A stretch of DNA of 64,000 bases, taken from Clostridiaceae bacterium (lineage in GTDB: Bacteria; Bacillota; Clostridia; Saccharofermentanales; UBA5734). This document shows, one piece after another, positions 17,616 to 26,365 of the stretch. Positions within the stretch are counted from its first letter, which is position 1; every line of letters begins with the position of its first letter. The notes under the pieces were generated by a model. The model had not been told where the DNA came from. It was given only the letters and a program-made list of their open reading frames with translations, and ran no database searches. Made by a program: the position numbers and the translations under genes. Location of the stretch: NCBI GenBank assembly GCA_012523135.1, contig JAAYJD010000058.1, positions 8,251 through 72,250 on the forward strand, in the 5' to 3' direction.

Positions 17616-17748
17616 AGCGCAGGCAGGGCTGCCACGAGCCAGTCTGCGTGTCCTAGGCAACGGCGGATGATGCCTGCCTGCGATACGATAAACATGGCGA
17701 AATGTTGCTCATTTACGCTTATGCTGGATATAAAAGGATTGATGATCG

Positions 17749-18909
17749 ATGACCAACAAACAAAAAACCGTGCTGATCCTGCTGACCGTTGTTCTGGTCG
17801 GAGCCGTCGTGTTCGGCCTGACCCGGCTGGGCGGACAGCCTGCCGAAACGACAACCAACTCCGTCACCACAGCCACCACGGCCACGGATCCGCGCACGGG
17901 TCTGCCCTACAACCCCAATACCGCTATTGACTACAGCCAATCCAGCCTGCGGGATATCTGGCTGGCCGGCGGCTGCTTCTGGGGTGTGGAGGCCTACCTG
18001 GCCCGCGTTCCCGGCGTCGCCGAGGCGACAGTCGGGTACGCCAACGGCAACACGGAAAATCCGACCTACCAGGATGTATCGTACAAGAACACCGGCCACG
18101 CGGAAACGGTCCACCTGCGCTACGACCCCGATCGGATCAGCCTGGACCAGCTGCTCGAGCAGTACTTCCTGATCATCGACCCGACGGTCCTGAACCGCCA
18201 GGGCAACGATGTCGGCAGCCAGTACCGGACCGGAATCTATTACCAGGACGAGGCTGACCTGGCTGTGATCAAAGCGGCGATCGAGCGGGAACAGGAAAAA
18301 TACACCCGTCCGATCGTGGTCGAGGTCGAACCGCTGGCGCAGTACTATCTGGCCGAGGCGTACCACCAGGACTACCTGGAAAAAAACCCGGGCGGCTATT
18401 GCCACATCTCGTTTGACACCTTGCCAGGTGCGAACGACATGAACGCCACCGGTTTGGTCGACCCTTCCCTGTACCGCAAACCAGACCCGGATACCATCCG
18501 CAACATGCTCAGCGCGGAACAGTACCAGGTGACCCAGGAAAACGGGACGGAAATGCCCGGCACCGGCGAGTACGAAAAGAACAAGGCAGACGGCATCTAT
18601 GTCGACATCGTGACCGGCGAACCGCTGTTCAGTTCCCGTGACAAGTTTGATTCCGGCAGCGGCTGGCCCAGCTTCACCCGTCCGATCGATCCGGCGGTGG
18701 TCAATGAGCTCAAGGATATCTCGATCGGCATGCTGCGCACCGAGGTCCGCAGCCGGGTCGGCGATTCGCACCTGGGCCATGTTTTCGCCGATGGGCCGGC
18801 CGACCAAGGCGGCCTGCGCTACTGCATCAACAGCGCCGCTTTACGCTTCATCCCGCTTGCAGACATGGAACAGGAAGGCTACGCTTATTTGCTGCCGCTT
18901 TTCGGCTGA
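17749..18909 (+). CDS. msrAB: Membrane-anchored bifunctional peptide methionine sulfoxide reductase MsrA/MsrB
   Basis: 386 aa. N-terminal TM segment, MsrA motif GGCFWGVE, and MsrB motifs GWPSF and RYCINSAAL. Confidence 0.9.
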   Translation: MTNKQKTVLILLTVVLVGAVVFGLTRLGGQPAETTTNSVTTATTATDPRTGLPYNPNTAIDYSQSSLRDIWLAGGCFWGVEAYLARVPGVAEATVGYANGNTENPTYQDVSYKNTGHAETVHLRYDPDRISLDQLLEQYFLIIDPTVLNRQGNDVGSQYRTGIYYQDEADLAVIKAAIEREQEKYTRPIVVEVEPLAQYYLAEAYHQDYLEKNPGGYCHISFDTLPGANDMNATGLVDPSLYRKPDPDTIRNMLSAEQYQVTQENGTEMPGTGEYEKNKADGIYVDIVTGEPLFSSRDKFDSGSGWPSFTRPIDPAVVNELKDISIGMLRTEVRSRVGDSHLGHVFADGPADQGGLRYCINSAALRFIPLADMEQEGYAYLLPLFG

Positions 18910-19775
18910 CCGGCCCGGTCCGCCAGGATCAGGCCGGCCAGGATCAGGGCGGCGCCGGCGCCGGTATAGAGCGAGACCGGTTCATCCAGCAGGATCGCCG
19001 ACAGGATCGTGGTCAGCAGCGGGCTGAAATAGATGTACTGGTTGGTCCTGGCCGGCCCGATCGCCCGGATCGCCTGGTTCCACAAGATGAAAGCCAGCGA
19101 AGAAGCCGCGATGCCCAAAAAGAGGATCCCTGCTATTGTGCCGGTGGAAACAGAACGGACAGCCGGCGGCTGCCGGCTGACCAGGGCAAATCCGGCCAGC
19201 ACGACAAACCCGTAGACAAAGACCTTGCGCGTCAGCTGCACCAGGTGCAGCCCGTGCCGGGTCTTTTCCATCAGGAGCGAATAGACCGCAAACATGACGG
19301 CGGCGCCCAGCGCCAGCAGATCGCCGTTCAAGGCCAGGCCGGATGCCTGCTGGCTGTTGCGAATGATCAGGAAAACGCCCAGGTAAGCCAGCACCAGGCC
19401 GGCCGCGCTCCGGATGCCGAACAATCGCTTCCGGAACAGCAGGAGCGACAGCAAACCGGTCAAGAGCGGAATGGTGGCGTCGATCAGGCTGACATTGGCG
19501 GCATAGGTCAGCTGGAGCGCGCGGTTCTCGAGCAGGAAATAGGCGGCCAGGGCTGCGCCGATCGCCAGAAACAAGCCTTCTTCCCGCCAGCTCACCGGTT
19601 TGCTGAAATGCGGATAAAGCACACTCAGCGCGGCCAGGGCCACCAGGAAGCGCGCCAGCAAAACCTGCAGGGGGCTGAGTTCCTCCAGCAGGACCTTGCT
19701 GATGATGAACGTCGAGCTCCAGATGGCAACCGTAACCAGGGCGAACAGGTGTCCCTTGAACGTATGGCGCGACAT
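18885..19775 (-). CDS. DMT superfamily (EamA-like) transporter
   Basis: 296 aa, about 10 TM. The start lies 1 nt after the ABC ATPase stop. The 3' end overlaps the convergent msrAB gene by 25 nt. Confidence 0.8.
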   Translation of the reverse strand: MSRHTFKGHLFALVTVAIWSSTFIISKVLLEELSPLQVLLARFLVALAALSVLYPHFSKPVSWREEGLFLAIGAALAAYFLLENRALQLTYAANVSLIDATIPLLTGLLSLLLFRKRLFGIRSAAGLVLAYLGVFLIIRNSQQASGLALNGDLLALGAAVMFAVYSLLMEKTRHGLHLVQLTRKVFVYGFVVLAGFALVSRQPPAVRSVSTGTIAGILFLGIAASSLAFILWNQAIRAIGPARTNQYIYFSPLLTTILSAILLDEPVSLYTGAGAALILAGLILADRAGQPKSGSK

Positions 19776-19776
19776 G

Positions 19777-20472
19777 TCAGATCATCGGGCGTGTGACGTC
19801 AAGGCTGATGCGTCCGTCCCGGATCTCGACGATCCGATCGGCTTTCTCGGCGATCTTGCGGTCATGCGTGATGATGATAAATGTCGTCTTGAACTGGCCG
19901 TTGACCTGGCGCAGGATATCGTAGATGATCTCTGTCGTGTCAGAATCGAGGTTGCCGGGCGGCGCATCCGCCAGGATAATCCTGGGGGTCATGATCAGGG
20001 CGCGGGCGAGCGCCGGCCGCTGCTGCTGGCCGCCGGACATTTCGGTCGCCTTGTTGTTCTTGACCTTGCTGCGGCCGACCAGTTCCATCAGCTCATCGGC
20101 CCGTTCGCGGACCTCGGCCGTCGGCTTGTTGTGCTTGATCAGGTAGGGCATCAGGACATTTTCCAGCGCGGTGAATTCAGGCAGCAGATAGTGGAACTGG
20201 AAAATGAACCCGATCGTCTCGTTGCGCACGACGGCCAAGTCGTTTTTGGTCATGTTGCTGGTTTGGATCCCGCCGATCATAACGGTTCCGGATGTCGGCC
20301 GGTCCAATGTGCCCATGATGTTCATCAGGGTCGACTTGCCCGAGCCGGACTGCCCGATGATGCTGTTGAAGGACTGCTCCTCGAAAGCGAGGTCGATGTC
20401 GAACAAGACCTGCGTCTGGATGGCGGTGCCATAAATCTTGTTGATGCCGGACAGCTCAATCGCATTAGCCAT
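19777..20472 (-). CDS. ABC transporter ATP-binding protein (MacB/LolD-type)
   Basis: 231 aa. Walker [10 protein letters not shown], signature MSGGQQQR, Walker [12 protein letters not shown] (a Pro-Gly where this subfamily usually has Glu-Pro). Confidence 0.9.
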   Translation of the reverse strand: MANAIELSGINKIYGTAIQTQVLFDIDLAFEEQSFNSIIGQSGSGKSTLMNIMGTLDRPTSGTVMIGGIQTSNMTKNDLAVVRNETIGFIFQFHYLLPEFTALENVLMPYLIKHNKPTAEVRERADELMELVGRSKVKNNKATEMSGGQQQRPALARALIMTPRIILADAPPGNLDSDTTEIIYDILRQVNGQFKTTFIIITHDRKIAEKADRIVEIRDGRISLDVTRPMI

Positions 20473-21631
20473 TGCGTATCACCTCGATTGGATCAAGCCG
20501 GGCCGATTTGCGGGCCGGGATCAGGGAAGCCAGCGACGATGCCGTCACGGCGATCAGGAAGGACAAAAAGAAGAAGGCCGGATCGATCAACAAGGCGATG
20601 ACCGGGGTTCCGTCCGGGTTACGGGCGAAGACGGTGAAGCTGTACGCCAGGCCCAGACCGAGCACAACCCCCGCCAGGCCGCCCAGGACGCCAAGAATCA
20701 GGCCCTGATAGAGAAACACCAGGCTGGCCTGGCGGCTCTTGATGCCCATCGCCTTGAGAATGCCGATCTGACGCGATTTCTGCATGACCGAGATCGCCAG
20801 CACGCTGGCGATGGCCAGGACAACCGATACGACGACAAACACCTGGATCATGATGCTGGAAATGCTCTGGCCGTTCAGGCCGGACAGCAGCTGTTCATTC
20901 TGCGCTTTCCAGTTGGTGACCGCCAGGTCCTTAAGCTCGGGCAACGCCTGCAAATCGGCGGCGATCGTGTCGGCCAGGAAAACATCGCCGCTGTCCACCT
21001 GCATTTCGATTGAAGTCACCCGGCCGGCCTGGTCGAGCTGCTCCTGGGCTGACGCCAGCGTGGTCAGAAACCAGCTCGTATTCAGGCTTTGCACCTGCAG
21101 GTCGAAAACGCCGCAGATCGTATATGTCAGGCGTTTGCCGCCGGCGACGGTCACATCAAGCGCGTCGCCGATGGCCACACCCCACTCGGCCTGCAGTCCT
21201 TTGCCGATGATCGCCTCGTCCACAGCGGACGGCAGCCGCCCCTGGACGATCCGGTCAGCCAGGGCGTAAATCTGCTCGGCGGCAGCAAAGTCCAGGCCGC
21301 GAAGCAGGACCGAACCTGTCTCGTCGCCGTTGGTCGCCAGTCCGGCCTGGTCGAGGACCGGTGAAAGGGCCGTGATCCGGCTTTCCGTCTGCCGGATCGC
21401 CTGCATGACACGGTCGGCGTCCGTGAACAGCTTGTCGTCAGCCTTTGAGACGACCGTGATCTGGGACGCGTTGCCAATGGTCGTTTCGACCAGGCTCTTC
21501 TGCAATCCCTGGATCAGGGATCCGATAAAAATCTGCACCGAGATGCCGATGGCAATCCCCAGCACGATCAGGATGGTCTGCCCGCGGCTCGATTTGAGGA
21601 AGCGAACGGCGATTTTCAGCGATACACTCAT
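20465..21631 (-). CDS. ABC transporter permease, FtsX/MacB-type (4 TM plus a large extracytoplasmic domain)
   Basis: 388 aa. N-terminal TM helix, an extracytoplasmic domain of about 230 aa, and a C-terminal FtsX-like 3-TM bundle (GILKAMG ...). Confidence 0.85.
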   Translation of the reverse strand: MSVSLKIAVRFLKSSRGQTILIVLGIAIGISVQIFIGSLIQGLQKSLVETTIGNASQITVVSKADDKLFTDADRVMQAIRQTESRITALSPVLDQAGLATNGDETGSVLLRGLDFAAAEQIYALADRIVQGRLPSAVDEAIIGKGLQAEWGVAIGDALDVTVAGGKRLTYTICGVFDLQVQSLNTSWFLTTLASAQEQLDQAGRVTSIEMQVDSGDVFLADTIAADLQALPELKDLAVTNWKAQNEQLLSGLNGQSISSIMIQVFVVVSVVLAIASVLAISVMQKSRQIGILKAMGIKSRQASLVFLYQGLILGVLGGLAGVVLGLGLAYSFTVFARNPDGTPVIALLIDPAFFFLSFLIAVTASSLASLIPARKSARLDPIEVIRNG

Positions 21632-22287
21632 GCGTGTTCCTCCTCGAGCTGCCGGATGTCGTCCGGGGTCCGGATCACAGCCAGCGCCCCGATTTGGCGG
21701 AAGAGCTCCGGATCGTGGTAGAACGCGTTGCCGCTGGCCAGGATCCGTTGGCCAGGCAGCCGCTCCTTGATCTCCGCAACGATTTTTTTGATCTTGAACA
21801 AATTGTAAAAATTGACCGCGTTGATCACCACGTAGGCAGGCTTTTCCAGGGCCAGTCCCTGGAGCAGTTCAGCCTTGGGCGTGTTGGCGCCGACATAGAT
21901 CGCCTCGTAGCCCTGCAGGGTGAAAAAATCGCTGCCCATCCGGGCGCCCAGCTCATGGAACTCGTCGGTCGGCGAGACGATGACGACCTTGCCCTTGTCC
22001 GCGGTGGTCTGCCTGGCCGCACGCTCCGCGAGCACGAAGGGATAGCAGCACTCGATCACGGTACGGACGATGCCGCTGCGGACGTGCTCTCGCCAGATGG
22101 CGGCCGGATGGCCGGACTCCGAATCGGTCATGCTGTTCAAAACCGGTGCCAGGATTTTCGTATAAAGCCCCACGATGTCGTGCGCGTTTGCCTCCAGCAG
22201 TTGCCTGGCCAGCTGGACACAGCGTGGCTTGTCCATGGCTTCCAGAGCCGCGCGGAAAGCCGTATAGTCGGTTATTTCTGCATTCAT
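21628..22287 (-). CDS. Stand-alone cobalamin (B12)-binding domain protein (helical cap plus Rossmann domain with DxHxxG)
   Basis: 219 aa. It has the VVIVSPTDEFHELGARM motif (DxHxxG) and a downstream GANTP segment in a Rossmann-like domain. I see no DNA-binding or catalytic domain. ATGA overlap with the FtsX permease gene. Confidence 0.75.
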   Translation of the reverse strand: MNAEITDYTAFRAALEAMDKPRCVQLARQLLEANAHDIVGLYTKILAPVLNSMTDSESGHPAAIWREHVRSGIVRTVIECCYPFVLAERAARQTTADKGKVVIVSPTDEFHELGARMGSDFFTLQGYEAIYVGANTPKAELLQGLALEKPAYVVINAVNFYNLFKIKKIVAEIKERLPGQRILASGNAFYHDPELFRQIGALAVIRTPDDIRQLEEEHA

Positions 22288-22359
22288 GGCTCTTCCTCCC
22301 CTTTTTGCTATCTGGTGCGGACGCGACGCACCGCATGACCCTCTAGGGTGATCTTCATC

Positions 22360-22388
22360 ATCTTAGCAGAGTATTCATTCGATCGCAA
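22360..22388 (-). promoter_or_regulatory. Sigma-A-type promoter of the B12-binding/ABC/DMT operon
   Basis: On the minus strand: TTGCGA (22388-22383), 17 nt, TAAGAT (22365-22360). Confidence 0.55.
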
Positions 22389-23702
22389 TCATGCCCGTTT
22401 CGGCGGCAGCATGACCGCAGCCCGGCTCTCGACGGGACCGGACGGCGGCGGCAGGCGCCGGGCCAGGCCGACCGCCAGGGCTGCGGCGGCCAGGCTGGCG
22501 GCAAAGACCGGCCGGTAACCGGCCGCCTGGATGACCAGGCCGGACGCCAGCGTCAGGAACGTGAACGGGAGTGTCACCAGGTTGCTGATCAAGAGGTAAT
22601 GCGTCCGGTAAGCATCACCGGCGATATCGATGGTGTAGTTCATGTAGCCGAGCCAGGCCGCCATGTTGATGCCGTTGATCAGGGCCAGCGGCGCGAAAAG
22701 CCAGACAGGCACAGCGGACAGGACCCCCAGGGAAAGCAGCAGCGCTGACCCGGCCAGCATTAGGCCGAGGGATTGGGACAACAGGATCACCTGCTGGTTG
22801 CCCAGCCGGTTGCTGACCTGTCCCCAGAGCAAACCGCCCAACAGGCTGCCGATGATCTGGAGGTATACCAGCGTCGACACCTGCTGCGGCGCAAAGCCCA
22901 GCTGCTCCTGGGCGAAGAGGACGATAAACGGCGCCAGCATCAGGCTGACCAGGGACAGGCTGCGGATCGTGACTACCCGCCGGAAGAGGCTGTCCCGGCT
23001 TAACAGGTGCGGCAGGCTGCGGTAATACTGCCGGGGCGACTGCTGCGCCAGCTGAGGCGGATGCGGCAAGTCGCGCGTGAAGGACATCACCAGGGCGGAC
23101 AGCGTCAGGACGGCGCCCGCTGCGCCGAACAAGACGGCGAAGCGCTGCCCGTCCGCCAGGCGCGGGTGGTCCAGCAGCGTCTTGACGATCGTGCCGGCCG
23201 CCAGGGCGCCGATCCCGCCGAACAGCTGCTGGCTGCCCAGCAGCAGGCCGCGCCTGCCGGGGACAACCGTCCGGCTGAACAGTTCCGCCCAGGGAACGAG
23301 AATCAGGCCGTCGCCACCGCAGAGCAGCGCGTAGACCAGGAAGAACACACCTACAGCCAGGGACGCAGGCAGGTCCAGCAGCAGCACCGGGATCATCACG
23401 AAGGGCAGCGGCCGGATCAAAAACATCACCAGGGTGATGTAGGAGGGCAGGTTGCGCAGGCGGCGGATGTGGGGGCCGACCAGGAGCTGGACCAGGATCG
23501 ATGCGGCCGCGTTGATCGTCGCGGCCAGGCCGGCCAGGCGAACACTGCCGGTATAGGCATAAATGAAGACCGGGATGACCGCGTTGACATCGATGAAGGA
23601 CATGCCGCTGAAAAACAGGCTGCCTTCGGCCAACAGCGCGCCGTAGTTGCGCTTGCGCAGCCGCTGTTCATCCATCTGATGCTGTCGCCGGCCCGCACCC
23701 AC
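22389..23702 (-). CDS. MFS transporter
   Basis: 437 aa, about 12 TM. The start is uncertain: GTG at 23702, or ATG at 23675. Confidence 0.8.
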   Translation of the reverse strand: MGAGRRQHQMDEQRLRKRNYGALLAEGSLFFSGMSFIDVNAVIPVFIYAYTGSVRLAGLAATINAAASILVQLLVGPHIRRLRNLPSYITLVMFLIRPLPFVMIPVLLLDLPASLAVGVFFLVYALLCGGDGLILVPWAELFSRTVVPGRRGLLLGSQQLFGGIGALAAGTIVKTLLDHPRLADGQRFAVLFGAAGAVLTLSALVMSFTRDLPHPPQLAQQSPRQYYRSLPHLLSRDSLFRRVVTIRSLSLVSLMLAPFIVLFAQEQLGFAPQQVSTLVYLQIIGSLLGGLLWGQVSNRLGNQQVILLSQSLGLMLAGSALLLSLGVLSAVPVWLFAPLALINGINMAAWLGYMNYTIDIAGDAYRTHYLLISNLVTLPFTFLTLASGLVIQAAGYRPVFAASLAAAALAVGLARRLPPPSGPVESRAAVMLPPKRA

Positions 23703-23708
23703 CGGCCG

Positions 23709-24872
23709 TCACGATGGCAGGCCGCGCTTTTCCAGGCGCAGGAGCAGCAGCGCCACCAGCGGCAGGATCAGCAAAAGCGCGATGTTGATGGCAAAGCCCA
23801 GGCGGAAACCGGCCCGGTCGGCCACGAATCCGGTCAGCCAGGGAACGGCCGTGGCGGAAAACGTCATGGCCAGCGACAGCATGCTGGATACCGTGCCGCC
23901 AAGCTCCGGATACAGGCGATTGGCATACGCCAGGCTGGTCGGATGCAACCCGGCCAGGAAGACGCCGGCCAGCAAAACCCCCGCACCGATCAGAAGCGGC
24001 GGGTTCGCGTAGATGGCAAGCGGATAAAAGGCCAGGCTGCCCAGGGCGCAGAGCAGGATCAGGCGGGAATAGCCGATTTTCTCAGCCAGAATGCCGCCGC
24101 TGAAACGGCCGGCCGCCAGGCCCAGGTAGAAGAGCGAGACCATGCCTGCGCCAAGCAGGAGCGGAAAGTCGGCCTGCTTCAGATAGGTGTTGATCCAGTT
24201 GACCAGGCTGGTTGCGGTCCCGTTGTAGAGAAACGAAACGGCAAAAAGAAGCAGGAAAAAGGGGTTCAGAAAAATCGTGCTGATCCGGATAGCCGGTCTG
24301 GCTCCGGACTTTTGACCCTGAACCGGCGGCAGGCGCAGAAAAATAAGTCCCAGACCGTAGAGGCTCCAGATCAGGCTGCCGGCTCCGAAAACCAGCCGCC
24401 AGCCATCGGGCGAAGCCAGCACCAACCCGGCCGCGACGGGACCGAGCATCGCGCCGACACTGTAGACGCCGTGCAGCGAATTCAGTGCCACCCCCCGCTT
24501 TTGCGCATGAACCTGGGCGATCAGTGCGTTGATCGCGGGGTTGACCAGGCCGGACGCCAGGCCGGCCAGGCCGAAGCAGATGATGATCAAAAGCCAGCTG
24601 GCCGAAAATCCGACCAGGCCCAGGAAGAGGCCCTGAAGCAGGCAGCCGGTGACCATGACCGGCTTGCGCCCGATGCGGTCGGACAAGGTTCCGCCCAGCA
24701 AGGTACCCAGAAAAGCCCCGGCCGAACGGGCAGCAAAAACAGCGCCGGCCGATGCCAGCGTCAGCTGGAACGTTTGAATCAGCGCGGGCAGGGCCGGCGC
24801 CAGCGTAATCGGGACAAACCCAAGGAAAAAATAGCCGGTCAGGCCAACCCAGGTGATCGTGCGCTTGTTCAT
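23709..24872 (-). CDS. MFS transporter
   Basis: 387 aa, 12 TM, with an MFS loop motif (LSDRIGRKPVM). ATGA-type overlap with the formamidase gene. Confidence 0.85.
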   Translation of the reverse strand: MNKRTITWVGLTGYFFLGFVPITLAPALPALIQTFQLTLASAGAVFAARSAGAFLGTLLGGTLSDRIGRKPVMVTGCLLQGLFLGLVGFSASWLLIIICFGLAGLASGLVNPAINALIAQVHAQKRGVALNSLHGVYSVGAMLGPVAAGLVLASPDGWRLVFGAGSLIWSLYGLGLIFLRLPPVQGQKSGARPAIRISTIFLNPFFLLLFAVSFLYNGTATSLVNWINTYLKQADFPLLLGAGMVSLFYLGLAAGRFSGGILAEKIGYSRLILLCALGSLAFYPLAIYANPPLLIGAGVLLAGVFLAGLHPTSLAYANRLYPELGGTVSSMLSLAMTFSATAVPWLTGFVADRAGFRLGFAINIALLLILPLVALLLLRLEKRGLPS

Positions 24873-25765
24873 GCTTCCAGGTAACGCCTGGGTATCTTGC
24901 AGACGTACGATCGGGTCGGATTGACAAACTGCGTGCAGCGGGCTTCCATCACCTGACCCAAAAGCAGGTAGGCCTCCTGTTCGGTCATGCCGCAGCCTTC
25001 CGTCATATAGCCGATCAGGTCGCGGGCAGCGGCGGCGAAAGCCTCCTCGGCGCTACGCTCACAGGCGACGGACATGATGTATGCCTCGTTCTCGATCCGG
25101 ACCTGGCTCATGCGGCGAAACCGGCTGACCGTTTCGACCTGCAGCGTGACCACGGCGCGGCATTCGACACCGCCGGCCAGGTTGATCTCCCCGTCCCCCT
25201 GGATGGCATGGACGTCGCCCACGTGCAGCAGGGCGCCGGGTACGGCGACCGGCAAATAGACGGTGCTGCCAACCGTGACTTCCTGCACATCCAGGTTGCC
25301 GCCGTGGCTGCCGCCCTTGCTGTTCAGGATCTCTTCCCGTTCAGGTGCTGTACCCAGCGTGCCGATCATGGGGCGCACCGGGATGCGCAGCGTGTCGCTC
25401 CAGATGATCTGCCGGTCGCGAATCGCCAGCGTCCGGTGCGTCGCGGCCCAGTCGTGGTCCAGGATGTGGCGGGACAGGGGGTTTTGCTGCCGCAAAAAGC
25501 CCGTATAGCCCACGCTGTCCAACTCGACATCCAGAATTCGCACCGCCAGCTGGCTGCCGGGCACAGCGCCCGCGACAGCGACCACGACGGTGGGATTGGG
25601 GCCGCTGGTGCAAGCCAGGTCATACCGGTCGTCCAGGTTATGCAGCCAGGGCCCGGAACACAGTTCCGTCTCGACCTGGAAGATCTCCCCGGAACGGACA
25701 GTCAGAGCCGGCAGGTTGTGCCGGCTGTGGGTCGTATACGTTGTTTCACGCGTTGCGCGGCGCAC
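24869..25765 (-). CDS. Acetamidase/formamidase family protein
   Basis: 298 aa. Family-typical segments (GGNLDVQEVTVGSTVYLPV, HVGDVHAIQGDGEI). Confidence 0.8.
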   Translation of the reverse strand: MRRATRETTYTTHSRHNLPALTVRSGEIFQVETELCSGPWLHNLDDRYDLACTSGPNPTVVVAVAGAVPGSQLAVRILDVELDSVGYTGFLRQQNPLSRHILDHDWAATHRTLAIRDRQIIWSDTLRIPVRPMIGTLGTAPEREEILNSKGGSHGGNLDVQEVTVGSTVYLPVAVPGALLHVGDVHAIQGDGEINLAGGVECRAVVTLQVETVSRFRRMSQVRIENEAYIMSVACERSAEEAFAAAARDLIGYMTEGCGMTEQEAYLLLGQVMEARCTQFVNPTRSYVCKIPRRYLEA

Positions 25766-25768
25766 GGC

Positions 25769-26323
25769 TCATTTTTTCCCCAGCAGCCTGCCGACATCGT
25801 CGAGGATGCTGCCATCGTTGTTGGCGTCGAGCATACCGGTGACCTTGCTCAGCAGCCCCTTGCCGGCCGCTCCCTTGAGCAGGTTGACCACGCCGGAAAC
25901 ATCCAGCTGCTGCTGCTTTTTCTGCTGGCCGAGCGTGCCGAGCAGCAGCGGGGCCAGTTGGGCCAGCACACCGGAGACCTGGCTCTTGTCCAGGCCGGTC
26001 TTGCTGGCCAGGTTGTTCTGCACCCGGGTCTGGCTGCGCGGAAACAAGTGGCCGAGGATCTTGGCGCCATCGTTGACGTCGACCTGGCCGAGAAACGACG
26101 CCACGTCGTCGACCGGATCGTCCTGGTGCTGGTCGAGAGCGCCGGCCAGCGACTGCGCCCCTTCTTCTGTCTTGACATTGCGGCCCATCGCCCGCATCAG
26201 GGCCGGCAGGCCCAGTTCGGTCAGCTGCTTCACCTTGTCGGTATCGGCTCCGACAGACTGTCCGAGCTTACCCAGAACAGACGGATTGTTCACCTGGCTG
26301 GTGATCATGTCTAGAATGTTCAT
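25769..26323 (-). CDS. DUF937-like protein
   Basis: 184 aa. N-terminus MNILDMITSQVNNPSVLGKLGQSVG, with repeated helical segments ending in LLG.LLGKK, as I recall for DUF937. Confidence 0.6.
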   Translation of the reverse strand: MNILDMITSQVNNPSVLGKLGQSVGADTDKVKQLTELGLPALMRAMGRNVKTEEGAQSLAGALDQHQDDPVDDVASFLGQVDVNDGAKILGHLFPRSQTRVQNNLASKTGLDKSQVSGVLAQLAPLLLGTLGQQKKQQQLDVSGVVNLLKGAAGKGLLSKVTGMLDANNDGSILDDVGRLLGKK

Positions 26324-26365
26324 GAAAAGCCTCCCCGCAACGGTTTTCTCCGATGCTTATTCGCC

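Noticed and set aside
17620-17681. Inverted repeat GCAGGCAGG ... CCTGCCTGC after the multicopper oxidase gene, considered as a terminator.
   Set aside because: The loop is about 44 nt and no T-tract follows, so it is not a convincing intrinsic terminator.
13586-17748. Mobile element or genomic island boundaries around the low-GC copper cassette.
   Set aside because: I could not find an integrase, transposase, flanking direct repeats or a tRNA target. I report it only as a compositional anomaly, not as a mobile_element feature.
22288-22388. Possible cobalamin riboswitch upstream of the B12-binding protein gene.
   Set aside because: Only about 70 nt of leader follow the predicted promoter. 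That is too short for a cobalamin riboswitch, and I see no B12-box-like sequence, only two small hairpins.
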